Shown: piece by piece, positions 7,974 through 16,932 of the stretch
Position numbering within the stretch: position 1 is the first letter of the stretch
Layout: every line of letters begins with the position of its first letter
NCBI GenBank assembly: GCA_963746775.1
Contig: CAVVCK010000002.1
Span: 431,656 to 495,655, forward strand
Reading direction: 5' to 3'
Source: an uncultured bacterium
GTDB lineage: Bacteria > Patescibacteriota > JABMPQ01 > CAVVCK01
DNA length: 64,000 nucleotides
Made by a program: the position numbers and the translations under genes
Notes under the pieces: generated by a model
What the model saw: the letters and a program-made list of their open reading frames with translations, nothing else
Told to the model about the DNA's origin: nothing
Databases searched by the model: none

Positions 7974-9353
7974 CTAATACGCTGCCCTCCCTATTATCAC
8001 AATCACCAACGTTCTAAAAAATATTTGTAAATCTAATTTTAGTGACCAATTTTCAATATAATAAGTATCTAGTTTTACTTCATCATCAAATTCTAACTCT
8101 GCTCCTCCGCTTACTTGGGCCATACCAGTCATACCAGGTTTAATAGCTAAAACTTTCTTATGCCATTTCTGGTATTGAGCTACTTCTTCTGGCTCATGAG
8201 GACGTGGTCCAACTAAACTCATTTCATTTCTTAATACATTAAAGAATTGTGGTAATTCGTCAATACGAGTTTTTCTTAAAATTCTACCCACTTTGGTAAT
8301 TCTAGGATCATCTTTCATTTTGAATAAAGGCCCTTTACGTTCACTGTATTTTAATAATTTCTTTTTCATTTTGTGGGCATTTTCAACCATGGAACGAAAT
8401 TTATACATCTGAAATTCATTTTTATTACCTACTCTCTTTAGTTTAACAAAAACAGATCCCTTAGAACCAAGCTTGATTACGATTGCTACAATTAGGAAAA
8501 GTGGTGAAAATATTATTATTCCAATTAATGAACCAATAATGTCTAGAGATCTTTTTAAAATTCTTCCCCAACCATCCAATGGTGTTCTTTTAAGCTCGAC
8601 TAAAGGAAATCCAGCTAGAGGCCTGACATCTATATTAGTTGCCTGAGTACCAAAAAAATCAGGAACGTACTTAAAGTCAATCTTTGCCTCATCAGCAAAA
8701 TCTTTTATTTCTAAAGTTTTACTTTTGGATATTTTAGAATCTGTCTGGATAATTTCATCAATTCCTTTACTTTTGCTTATTTTCCCTAAAGAGCCCATAA
8801 CTGAATCATTATACTCTTTGATATGTGCTACAACTATATAGCCTGATAAAGGTTTTTCGAAATTGCGAATTAAGTGTTTGCTAGCTGATCCATTGCCAAT
8901 CAATACTACTCTGTAAACACCAATTCCATATTTATATAATCTTCTTTTTATAACACGAATTATAGACCGACCAAAGATAACAAATATAATTGACAGCAAC
9001 CAAGTCACAATAATTAAAAATCTAGATGAAAAAAGTTCAGCTCTTAAAAATATATAAAAAGAAAAAATAGCTACACAAACAGTAACTCCTATAAAAGCAC
9101 CGTACAAATCATCAATAAATCTCCTTTTGGATATTTTATAAAATCCTAATATAGCAAATACAAGAAGACAAAAAGGTGCAGCAACTAATATTAGCAGTAA
9201 ATATTTTGATAAAGATAAATCAAATAATATTGGTCTGACTTCTGTAAAATAATTGGTAAAACGTAAAAAATAAGAAGCAAGAGCTGCTAATAGTATCATT
9301 AAAAAATCTAACGGTAAAAGCACAACTGTAAAAAATAATTCCGATTTTTTCAT
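7974..9353 (-). CDS. Polyprenyl-phosphate sugar phosphotransferase (WbaP/EpsB-type bacterial sugar transferase)
   Basis: 459 aa with N-terminal TM helices. C-terminal domain reads KRSLDIIGSLIGIIIFSPLFL...YKFRSM...GPLFKMKDDPRITKVGRILRKTRIDELPQFFNVLRNEMSLVGPRP. Confidence 0.9.
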   Translation of the reverse strand: MKKSELFFTVVLLPLDFLMILLAALASYFLRFTNYFTEVRPILFDLSLSKYLLLILVAAPFCLLVFAILGFYKISKRRFIDDLYGAFIGVTVCVAIFSFYIFLRAELFSSRFLIIVTWLLSIIFVIFGRSIIRVIKRRLYKYGIGVYRVVLIGNGSASKHLIRNFEKPLSGYIVVAHIKEYNDSVMGSLGKISKSKGIDEIIQTDSKISKSKTLEIKDFADEAKIDFKYVPDFFGTQATNIDVRPLAGFPLVELKRTPLDGWGRILKRSLDIIGSLIGIIIFSPLFLIVAIVIKLGSKGSVFVKLKRVGNKNEFQMYKFRSMVENAHKMKKKLLKYSERKGPLFKMKDDPRITKVGRILRKTRIDELPQFFNVLRNEMSLVGPRPHEPEEVAQYQKWHKKVLAIKPGMTGMAQVSGGAELEFDDEVKLDTYYIENWSLKLDLQIFFRTLVIVIIGRAAY

Positions 9354-9389
9354 ATATTAAATAATTGACCGCAAACTCTTTATTAGTAC

Positions 9390-9410
9390 AGACAAGTTTA
9401 AAACTTGTTT
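9390..9410. terminator. Stem-loop ACAAGTT taaa ACTTGT downstream of rnpB
   Basis: Related in sequence to 6049-6069 (AGTACAGACARGTTTMAAACYTGTYT). Confidence 0.4.
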
Positions 9411-9427
9411 CTTCATTATTAACTTTA

Positions 9428-9886
9428 AATAGGCAGGCTATAAGCCGAATTCTGTCTCATCCGCCATAGATTAACAGCGAAGGCGGATTGCCTTCATTGA
9501 AAACTACGGCGAATACTATGATCATCTATCTAGCCTTACTATTACTAGCAAGGTCATGCTTTTTATAAATTACACCAGATGGGGTTTACCCTATTATAAT
9601 GTTACCATTATAACCTGTGAGCTCTTACCTCACTCTTTTCACCATTGCCTGCCATAGCCTATAAAGGCGACGGCTGGCTGTATATGTCTCTGTGGCACTT
9701 TCCCTCACCCTATCTAGAAGATAGAGTGCAATTGCCGTTAGCAATCACCTTGTTTCAAAGTCCCAAGGATTAATAGAAAATCCTATGAGGTTTTTCTACT
9801 CTCGAATCCATAAGCTCTGAGGTGTTCGGACTTTCCTCCCCTTATTATTATATAAATAATAAGAAGCGATCATAAACCTGCCTACT
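9428..9886 (-). ncRNA. rnpB: RNase P RNA, bacterial type A
   Basis: The minus strand reads ...TAGGCAGG...GGGGAGGAAAGUCCGAACACC (CR-I), GGUGAAAAGAGUGAGGUAAGAGCUCACAG (CR-II/III region) and GACAGAAUUCGGCUUAUAGCCUGCCUA (CR-V plus the P1 3' strand). Confidence 0.9.
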
Positions 9887-9982
9887 ATAATAATAAAATA
9901 GCAAAGAAATTTATGCTATTATTAAAGTGGATTGGCTTATAACAAGCAATTTAGATAATATGTGAAAATTTTAACTACTCAT

Positions 9983-10010
9983 ATTATACTTATTTTAAGT
10001 CTTTTGTCAA
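9983..10010 (-). promoter_or_regulatory. Consensus promoter TTGACA-N16-TATAAT upstream of rnpB
   Basis: Minus strand has TTGACA at 10010..10005 and TATAAT at 9988..9983. Confidence 0.6.
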
Positions 10011-10931
10011 CTATAACGATCCTTTTTTTCTATATAAATACACAATTGTTACAATCACAGCTAATAGAACACCGAAAATTAACCAAACAATCATAGAATT
10101 ATGAGCAAAAGGAAGACCTTCAATGTTCATGCCGTAAATTCCAGATAAAAGAGTTAGGGGTAGCAAAGATACAGAAATAATTGTTAATAATTTCATTATT
10201 TCGTTAGTCTTCAAGGAAACAATACTTTCATTAGTTTCAAATAAGCCATCTGAAATATTTTTATAATCATCCAAAATAGTCCAAACCTTCTCTAAATAGT
10301 CCCTAATATCATCAAAATATACTATATATTCTCTTCTTAAAATAAAATCTTTCTTAGAATGAGATAAACTATCAATTATAAATTTTTCCATACTCACGGT
10401 TCTCCTTATATCAAGAATTATTCTCCTAGCAAAAGCCAGCTCCTCAATAGTTTCTTTGTCTGCTTTTCTATCATAAATTTCTTCTTCTACGTTTGATACA
10501 AATTTACTTAATGATTTTAAACTTTCTGAATAATATGTTTTAAAAAGTGGGTCTAAAATTTTATAAAGTAAATAGCCTGATCCTCGGTTAGATAATTTCT
10601 TTTTATAATTATCACTTTTAGCAACTTTCAAAAATAAATTTTGGACAATATCAATTTTATTTTTTTGAATAGTTATTAAATAATTCTGTCCTACAAAAAT
10701 ATTTAATTCTAAATTTTTAAGCTTATTTTTTATAATTTGCGGAAAGTTTAAGATTGAAAAAATATAATGCTTATAAACATCAACTTTAGGAGGTTGCTTT
10801 TCTCCTAAAACATCCTGAATATCTAATTGATGAAATTGAAAATTTTCTTCTAGATAGTTAATGTCTTCATCTTGAGGATCAATAATATTTACCCAGTTAA
10901 TATTTCCAATTTTTGTAGATTTTAGAGCCAT
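10011..10931 (-). CDS. corA: CorA-family Mg2+/Co2+ transporter
   Basis: 306 aa. YGMNIEGLP (GMN motif) followed by a terminal TM helix. Confidence 0.85.
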   Translation of the reverse strand: MALKSTKIGNINWVNIIDPQDEDINYLEENFQFHQLDIQDVLGEKQPPKVDVYKHYIFSILNFPQIIKNKLKNLELNIFVGQNYLITIQKNKIDIVQNLFLKVAKSDNYKKKLSNRGSGYLLYKILDPLFKTYYSESLKSLSKFVSNVEEEIYDRKADKETIEELAFARRIILDIRRTVSMEKFIIDSLSHSKKDFILRREYIVYFDDIRDYLEKVWTILDDYKNISDGLFETNESIVSLKTNEIMKLLTIISVSLLPLTLLSGIYGMNIEGLPFAHNSMIVWLIFGVLLAVIVTIVYLYRKKGSL

Positions 10932-10935
10932 ATTT

Positions 10936-11370
10936 TTATTTCTTTAAGGCTTTATCTAAAACTAAATTTACCAGCCTGTCAGCTTCTTTATTTTTTTCTC
11001 TTCTTATATGTTTAAAAGTAACGGATTTAAAGCCCAAAGTCAAATTATGTATTTTGATAAAAAGCGGCTCTAAGTTCTTGTCTTTTACTCTATACTCTCT
11101 GTTCAGTTGTTTTACTACTAATTCACTATCTAAATAGCATAAAACCTCTATGGCTTTAAGCTTCTTTGCTCTTTCTAAACCTAAAATTAAAGCCCTGTAT
11201 TCTGCCTGATTATTTGTATTTATACCAATGTACTGTCCAATTTTAGCAATTATTTTTCTTTTAGAATTATAAACAACCGCCCCACAACCTGCTGGTCCTG
11301 GGTTACCTCTTGATCCTCCGTCTGAAAATATTATTAGTTTTTGGTTTTTCATAAATAAATACACTACCAA
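10936..11370 (-). CDS. RNase H (type 1, RNase HI family). True start is probably the MKNQK Met at 11352.
   Basis: IFSDGGSRGNPGPAGCGAVV...NNQAEYRALILGLE...DSELVVKQL. Confidence 0.8.
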   Translation of the reverse strand: MVVYLFMKNQKLIIFSDGGSRGNPGPAGCGAVVYNSKRKIIAKIGQYIGINTNNQAEYRALILGLERAKKLKAIEVLCYLDSELVVKQLNREYRVKDKNLEPLFIKIHNLTLGFKSVTFKHIRREKNKEADRLVNLVLDKALKK

Positions 11371-11531
11371 CCCTGGATATGATTGGTTTTTTAAATTTTA
11401 TTACTTTTATTTTAACTCAAAATTTATAAACACACAAACTGCTTGACTTGATAATTGAAAGTAATATTATACTAATTAATATCTAACTTTTTTCAGATAT
11501 TTTTTATTTATTTAATTTTAAAAACAAAAGG

Positions 11532-13067
11532 ATGAAAAAACTAAAACAATTAGTAAATCTAGACAATTTCTCTAAATTATGGAGAGGAAAAGTTGCTTTT
11601 CTAATAGTCTTAGCAGCTTTAGTGATTGTTCCTATGGTTTCTGCTTCAAATAATGATGAGGTAGATAAAAATAAAGAAGAAATAACTTCAGAAAAATCTA
11701 CGGAGAACAATAATCAAGAAGTAATAAATGAAGAAAAAAACAATCAAGAAGCTGGTACCAATGAAGGAGAAGAGAGTACTGCTAGTAATACTGCTTCTAC
11801 TTTTCTCTGGATTGCTGTCATCTTGATTGCTGCTAAATTAGCTAGTTTAGTGGAAAGATTTGGCCAACCCTCTGTTTTAGGTGAACTTGTTATTGGCGTA
11901 GTTTTAGGTAATTTAGTTCTTTTGGGTTTAAATATCTTCGAACCTATTAAAGAAAATGAAATTATAGCTTTCTTAGGCGAACTTGGTGTAGTAATTTTGC
12001 TGTTCCAGATAGGACTAGAATCAAATATTCAGAAAATGAAACAAGTAGGATTTCGTGCTTTCCTAGTAGCAGTCGTTGGTGTAGTATTACCCTTTGTAAT
12101 GGGTTATTTTATAGGACCAATACTTTTACCTGGTTTAACTAATAATGCTTACTTATTTTTAGGTGCTGCCCTAACCGCTACTTCAGTTGGTATTACTGCT
12201 CGTGTCTTTCAAGATTTAGGTAAATTAAAAATTCCCGAAGCACAAATTGTGCTTGGTGCGGCCGTTATTGATGATGTCTTGGGTTTAATTATACTTGCCG
12301 TAGTATCAGCCATGGCAACATTGGGTGCTGTGAGTATAGGTATGATATCCTGGATTGCAGCCAAGGCTGTTTTATTCTTAGTCGGCGCTATTGTTTTAGG
12401 TCAGCTACTTGCACCTAGAGTTGGAAAATTATTTTCCAAAATACATACCGGAGTAGGTATGAAATTCACCTTAGCCATTTCTTTCGGCTTAATCTTCGCC
12501 TACTTAGCTCAGGAAATTGGCTTAGCTCCTATAGTTGGTGCTTTTGCTGCAGGTTTAGTACTTGATCCTGTCCACTTTAAATATTTTAAAGATCCTAAAG
12601 TTGTTACTGATGTTAAAAAATGTGTTGAAAGCTGTGATGCTAGCTTAAAAGAAAAAGTATTGAAAACAATTGAACCACATGCTCATCGTCATATAGAGGA
12701 TATTATTGAACCCGTTGGTTTTTTATTAATCCCTATCTTTTTCGTCATGACTGGCATGGCTGTAAAAATTGAAACTTTATTCAATTTGCCGGTATTATTA
12801 GTAGCCTTAGGAATCACCGTTGTTGCTTTTGTAGGTAAAATTTGTGCTGGCTTAGCCGCTGGTAAGGTAAATAAAGCCTTAGTCGGCTTTGGTATGATAC
12901 CTCGAGGAGAAGTTGGACTTATTTTTGCTGCCATTGGTAAATCTATTGGCGTAGTTAATGATGAAGTATATTCAGTTATTGTTATTATGGTTATCTTTTC
13001 TACCTTATTTACTCCTCCCATTCTTACCTATCTCTTAAAGAAATATAAAGAACCAAAAGAAGCTTAA
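11532..13067 (+). CDS. Cation:proton antiporter (CPA2/Kef-NhaP type) with an acidic low-complexity N-terminal extension
   Basis: 511 aa, polytopic. QPSVLGELVIGVVLGNLVLLGL matches the Na_H_exchanger family pattern. Confidence 0.8.
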   Translation: MKKLKQLVNLDNFSKLWRGKVAFLIVLAALVIVPMVSASNNDEVDKNKEEITSEKSTENNNQEVINEEKNNQEAGTNEGEESTASNTASTFLWIAVILIAAKLASLVERFGQPSVLGELVIGVVLGNLVLLGLNIFEPIKENEIIAFLGELGVVILLFQIGLESNIQKMKQVGFRAFLVAVVGVVLPFVMGYFIGPILLPGLTNNAYLFLGAALTATSVGITARVFQDLGKLKIPEAQIVLGAAVIDDVLGLIILAVVSAMATLGAVSIGMISWIAAKAVLFLVGAIVLGQLLAPRVGKLFSKIHTGVGMKFTLAISFGLIFAYLAQEIGLAPIVGAFAAGLVLDPVHFKYFKDPKVVTDVKKCVESCDASLKEKVLKTIEPHAHRHIEDIIEPVGFLLIPIFFVMTGMAVKIETLFNLPVLLVALGITVVAFVGKICAGLAAGKVNKALVGFGMIPRGEVGLIFAAIGKSIGVVNDEVYSVIVIMVIFSTLFTPPILTYLLKKYKEPKEA

Positions 13068-13084
13068 ATAAAATTAATTATCAT

Positions 13085-13115
13085 AAAAGCCCAGCATTTT
13101 GTAGCTGGGCTTTTT
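13085..13115. terminator. Bidirectional intrinsic terminator AAAAGCCCAGC-loop-GCTGGGCTTTTT between convergent genes
   Basis: Read directly. Confidence 0.8.
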
Positions 13116-13137
13116 AAATTATTTTATTATCATTATT

Positions 13138-13827
13138 TTATATCTCTATTACTGCCACTGGGTTCCCTTCTTTCTCTTCTATTGTAACTTTCTTAATAAT
13201 AACATCATTAACAGGTTTATCATTGCTATTAGTTGGAGTCTCTGAAATTGCTTCAACTACATCCATTCCTTCAATTACTTTACCAAAAACAGCATGCTTA
13301 CCATCAAGCCAAGGTGTACCTTCCTTGGCATCTATTATAAAAAATTGGCTACCGCCAGTATTAGGTCCGGCATTGGCCATCGAAATTGATCCATATTCAT
13401 TAATCAAACTCTCATCAAATTCATCTGGAATGACCCAAGTACTCTCATCATTAGGGTCACCATAACTTTCGTGATATTTGGCGGCATGTCCACCCGTACC
13501 ATTTTTATTAGTAAAATCTCCTCCTTGAATCATAAAATCATTAATTATTCTGTGGAAAGGTGCACTATTGTATTTTCCAGCGCGAGCGAGATCTATAAAA
13601 TTTTGGGATGTTACAGGAGCCTTATCTTTATATAATTCAAGCTTTATCGTGCCAGCGATTTTATTTACCTCTTTTTCTGTTTCCATGTTATTTTCTTTTA
13701 AATTATTATTTATGTTTTTTGTACCCCCTACTACTTCCCCACTTATATTATTGTCACTACCACATCCAGCCGTAATTAAAGCAAATGAAAATAATAGAAT
13801 AATACTAAAAATTAATTTCTTTTTCAT
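13138..13827 (-). CDS. Cyclophilin-type peptidyl-prolyl isomerase, lipoprotein
   Basis: Signal peptide with lipobox ITAGC. FHRIINDFMIQGGDF, SMANAGPNTGGSQFFI. Confidence 0.9.
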   Translation of the reverse strand: MKKKLIFSIILLFSFALITAGCGSDNNISGEVVGGTKNINNNLKENNMETEKEVNKIAGTIKLELYKDKAPVTSQNFIDLARAGKYNSAPFHRIINDFMIQGGDFTNKNGTGGHAAKYHESYGDPNDESTWVIPDEFDESLINEYGSISMANAGPNTGGSQFFIIDAKEGTPWLDGKHAVFGKVIEGMDVVEAISETPTNSNDKPVNDVIIKKVTIEEKEGNPVAVIEI

Positions 13828-13860
13828 GATTTTTATTACTTAATAATTATTTTATAAAAC

Positions 13861-13940
13861 CATCCGCTTTATCCGCCAAATCCGCTAATCCGTAAACAAT
13901 AGATAACGGATTAGGCGGATTATTGCGGATAAGCGGAAAA
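13861..13940. repeat. Family-B word hairpin (ATCCGC/GCGGAT words), copy B1
   Basis: CATCCGCTTTATCCGCCAAATCCGCTAATCCGT...ACGGATTAGGCGGATTATTGCGGATAAGCGGAAAA. The left arm is nearly identical to copy B2. Confidence 0.75.
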
Positions 13941-13944
13941 TATA

Positions 13945-14484
13945 TCAACGAGTCTTGTAATTCATGTTCATTATTTCTAAAAATTTTATAAATACTTGTG
14001 CTGTTACTTTAACATCACCTAAAGCTCTATGTCTATCTTCTTCTTGTATCCCTACCCCCATTCTCCTCGCTACAACATCCAAGTTGTGGCTCCTCTCATA
14101 GGGAAATAATTTTCTAGACAAATTAAGGGTACATACGAATTTTGGAATTGGCAAATTAATTCCGCAAAGATTAATCTCCGCTTGTAAAAATTTTTTATCA
14201 AAAGAAGCATTGTGGGCAACTAAAGCACTATCTCCAACGAATCGTAAAAACTTAGGTAATACTTTATACATCGTAGGCTTATTCTCAACCATTTCATCAG
14301 TTATACCATTTACTGCTGAAGCACTAAGAGATATAGGCCTTTCCGGATTAACCAGAGCTTCAAATTTTTCATTAGTTATTTTGCCATCAACTATTTTTAT
14401 AGCTGCCATTTCAATGATACGATCTCCTTGATCGGGACTTAAACCCGTGGTCTCTGTATCAAAAATTGTATACATTCTTCTCAT
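13945..14484 (-). CDS. DnaQ-family 3'-5' exonuclease (Pol III epsilon-like)
   Basis: FDTETTGL, HNASFDKKFL and HRALGDV correspond to Exo I-III. Confidence 0.85.
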   Translation of the reverse strand: MRRMYTIFDTETTGLSPDQGDRIIEMAAIKIVDGKITNEKFEALVNPERPISLSASAVNGITDEMVENKPTMYKVLPKFLRFVGDSALVAHNASFDKKFLQAEINLCGINLPIPKFVCTLNLSRKLFPYERSHNLDVVARRMGVGIQEEDRHRALGDVKVTAQVFIKFLEIMNMNYKTR

Positions 14485-14488
14485 TTTT

Positions 14489-15100
14489 TTATTTTTCTTC
14501 TATAAAATATTTCTTTAAGTCTTTTCTACTCTTCATTTCAGGTAGACAATTATCTATGAAGTTTTTGTAAGTATAATTCTTATGTGGGAATTGGCTTAAA
14601 ACTATCTCTTTATTACATAAAGTCCCTGATCTTTGATTTACATAGTCTAGATAGTTAGACCAAGGATATTTATTGAGGTTATGGGTTATTTTGTGTAGTT
14701 TAGGATTTAGATTAATGTAGGCAGAGAGCCAGAGAAGATATTCGTTGGAGTTAATGCGGATGGATTTGAAGCGGTCCTGGAATAATATACCGGATTTATC
14801 ATGTTTTTTATTAAAATAAATGGTATAGCTCGTTCCTAACCTATACATAAATTCTGAAATAGCATTATCTGACGTTTGTTTTAATATGAAATGATAATGA
14901 CTAGGATTTAGGCAGTAGGCTATAAATTCTACTCCCAAAGACTCAGCCTTTTTCAGAAAGGCTGAGTCTTGAGATTTTAAGCTTCTTATGGTTTTAATAA
15001 AGCGAATATAATCTCTTGTTTCTAAAAAAATATTTCTTTTATCTACACCACGGTTGTAGATATGATAATACTCGTTATTAGAAAATATAGTCCTCCTCAT
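14489..15100 (-). CDS. IS200/Y1-transposase-like protein of the REP-associated tyrosine transposase (RAYT) type
   Basis: YHIYNRGVDKRNIF...AYCLNPSHYHFIL (HUH)...FQDRFKS...YINLNPKLHKI...YPWSNY. Confidence 0.75.
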   Translation of the reverse strand: MRRTIFSNNEYYHIYNRGVDKRNIFLETRDYIRFIKTIRSLKSQDSAFLKKAESLGVEFIAYCLNPSHYHFILKQTSDNAISEFMYRLGTSYTIYFNKKHDKSGILFQDRFKSIRINSNEYLLWLSAYINLNPKLHKITHNLNKYPWSNYLDYVNQRSGTLCNKEIVLSQFPHKNYTYKNFIDNCLPEMKSRKDLKKYFIEEK

Positions 15101-15109
15101 GAAGAATTA

Positions 15110-16846
15110 TTACTTAGCCTTCCTAAAATCAACTACCCTAATTTGCAAATTTTTCTTCCCATTCCATTCATTACAATCAATTTCAAAAATAATATCTATT
15201 TCATTGCCAAGCTCTTTTAATTTACCATTTTTAATATTAAAATATACACCTTCAATTTGCCCTTTATTATTTTGATCATTTAAAATTAATTTTAAATGAT
15301 CCCGCCTTTTACCAATTCTATCAAAACTCATTACCAATACTTTATGAGATATAAATAAAGGTTTTTCATTATTAGCACCATATGGCTTTAATTTTTCTAG
15401 CTCATTATAAAAATCCCAATTGATATTTTTTAAATCAATCTCTGCTTCTATATTTATTTTAGGTATTAAATCTTCTTCGCTTAGTTTTTCTTCAGCAATT
15501 TTATTAATTTTTTCAGAAAATTTATCTAAATTTTCATTTTCTAAAGTACAACCAGCCGCTCCTTTATGCCCACCAAACTCTAATAATAAATCCGAGCAAT
15601 CATTTATAGCCTCAATAATATTAAAGCTTGGAATACTACGAGCAGAGCCAGCACTCTCCTTCTCTCCTCGCGTTAAGACAAAACTTGGCCTAAAATATTC
15701 CTCGCAAATCTTAGAAGCTACTATACCCATCACTCCTAATGGCCAACCTTCTTTATTAGCTATTAAAACTTTCTTTGATAAATCTAATTCTTTCTTAATT
15801 TCCCTAAAAATTTGGTCCGTTATTCGCTGTCTTTTCCTATTAGATAATTCTAGTTGATAAGATAGAAGCTTCGCAATGCCATAAGATTCTGTGGCTAATA
15901 ATTTATAGGCAGCATTAGCATGATCTAGACGTCCTGCCGAATTAATACGTGGAGCTAAATAGAAACCTACTCCAAAACTATCAACCTTGAGTAAATCTAC
16001 TTGAGCAGACTTAGCTAGAGCTTGAAATCCCTGCCTTTTGGACTTAGATAATACTTTTAATCCTTCTTGCACTAAAATTCTATTTTCACCTGTCAGAGGC
16101 GAGCAATCAGCTATTGTCCCTACCGCTACTAAATCTAATAAACTTTTTTCAAATTCTTCTTGTAGTTCCTTATTTTCCTTAAATTCTGTATTAGTTTTTT
16201 TAATTATTTCAGACCTAAAAATTGCTTGAGCTAATTTAAAAACAATTCCTACTCCAGATAGTTCTTTATAGGGATATTCATCCTTTCCTTGTTTAGCATT
16301 AACAATTATATAATCATCAGAAAATTCTTCCGACAAATGATGATGATCAAAAACAATTACATCTACTCCCTTTTCTTTAGCATAATCAATTTCGAGCTTA
16401 TTCGCTACCCCACAATCACAAGTAACAATCAATTTTATATCTTTTTTAATTAACCAATCTATCGCTTTTTTATTTAACCCATATCCCTCACGCGCCCTAT
16501 CTGGAATATACAATTGCCCGGATAAACCCAAAACTTTCTTAAATATTTCTGTTAAAACGAGAGAAGAAGTTACTCCATCAGCGTCATAATCGCCATATAT
16601 CCCTACTCTCTCTTTATTATCCATAGCTTTTCCAATTCGCTCCAGGGCCCTATCCATATCTTTAAATAAAAATGGATCATATAAATCAGAATATTTTAAA
16701 TTATAAAACTTATCGATTTTATCTTTTGTATCAATTTTTCTATTAAATAGTAATTGTAAAATAGTAGAATTATATTGAGAAAAGTGAGAAATAAATTCCT
16801 GAGGTGCTTTTTCTAATATATTCCATTTTTTTGAAATTTCAGACAT
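15110..16846 (-). CDS. recJ: Single-stranded-DNA-specific exonuclease RecJ
   Basis: 578 aa. DHH family motifs GDYDADGVTS, DCG, FDHHH. Confidence 0.9.
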   Translation of the reverse strand: MSEISKKWNILEKAPQEFISHFSQYNSTILQLLFNRKIDTKDKIDKFYNLKYSDLYDPFLFKDMDRALERIGKAMDNKERVGIYGDYDADGVTSSLVLTEIFKKVLGLSGQLYIPDRAREGYGLNKKAIDWLIKKDIKLIVTCDCGVANKLEIDYAKEKGVDVIVFDHHHLSEEFSDDYIIVNAKQGKDEYPYKELSGVGIVFKLAQAIFRSEIIKKTNTEFKENKELQEEFEKSLLDLVAVGTIADCSPLTGENRILVQEGLKVLSKSKRQGFQALAKSAQVDLLKVDSFGVGFYLAPRINSAGRLDHANAAYKLLATESYGIAKLLSYQLELSNRKRQRITDQIFREIKKELDLSKKVLIANKEGWPLGVMGIVASKICEEYFRPSFVLTRGEKESAGSARSIPSFNIIEAINDCSDLLLEFGGHKGAAGCTLENENLDKFSEKINKIAEEKLSEEDLIPKINIEAEIDLKNINWDFYNELEKLKPYGANNEKPLFISHKVLVMSFDRIGKRRDHLKLILNDQNNKGQIEGVYFNIKNGKLKELGNEIDIIFEIDCNEWNGKKNLQIRVVDFRKAK

Positions 16847-16896
16847 TCAATATAATTAATAACATGACTCATACTATCATAAATTTCCATATATGC

Positions 16897-16922
16897 AAAA
16901 AAGAGCATCCTGCTCTTTTTTT
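16897..16922. terminator. Intrinsic terminator AAAAAAGAGCA tcc TGCTCTTTTTTT
   Basis: Read directly. Follows the ROK kinase stop. Confidence 0.75.
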
Positions 16923-16932
16923 AAATTTATAC

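Noticed and set aside
11504-13021. Minus-strand track ORFs 11504..11710 and 12689..13021 overlapping the + strand antiporter gene.
   Set aside because: They are antisense to a clear CPA2 transporter ORF and match no recognisable family.
13861-13940. DnaA-box cluster or oriC (TTATCCGCC resembles TTATCCACA).
   Set aside because: The words differ at the critical CACA positions. The same element recurs inside ribosomal operons. No dnaA/dnaN or strand-bias switch is nearby, since genes stay on the minus strand on both sides.
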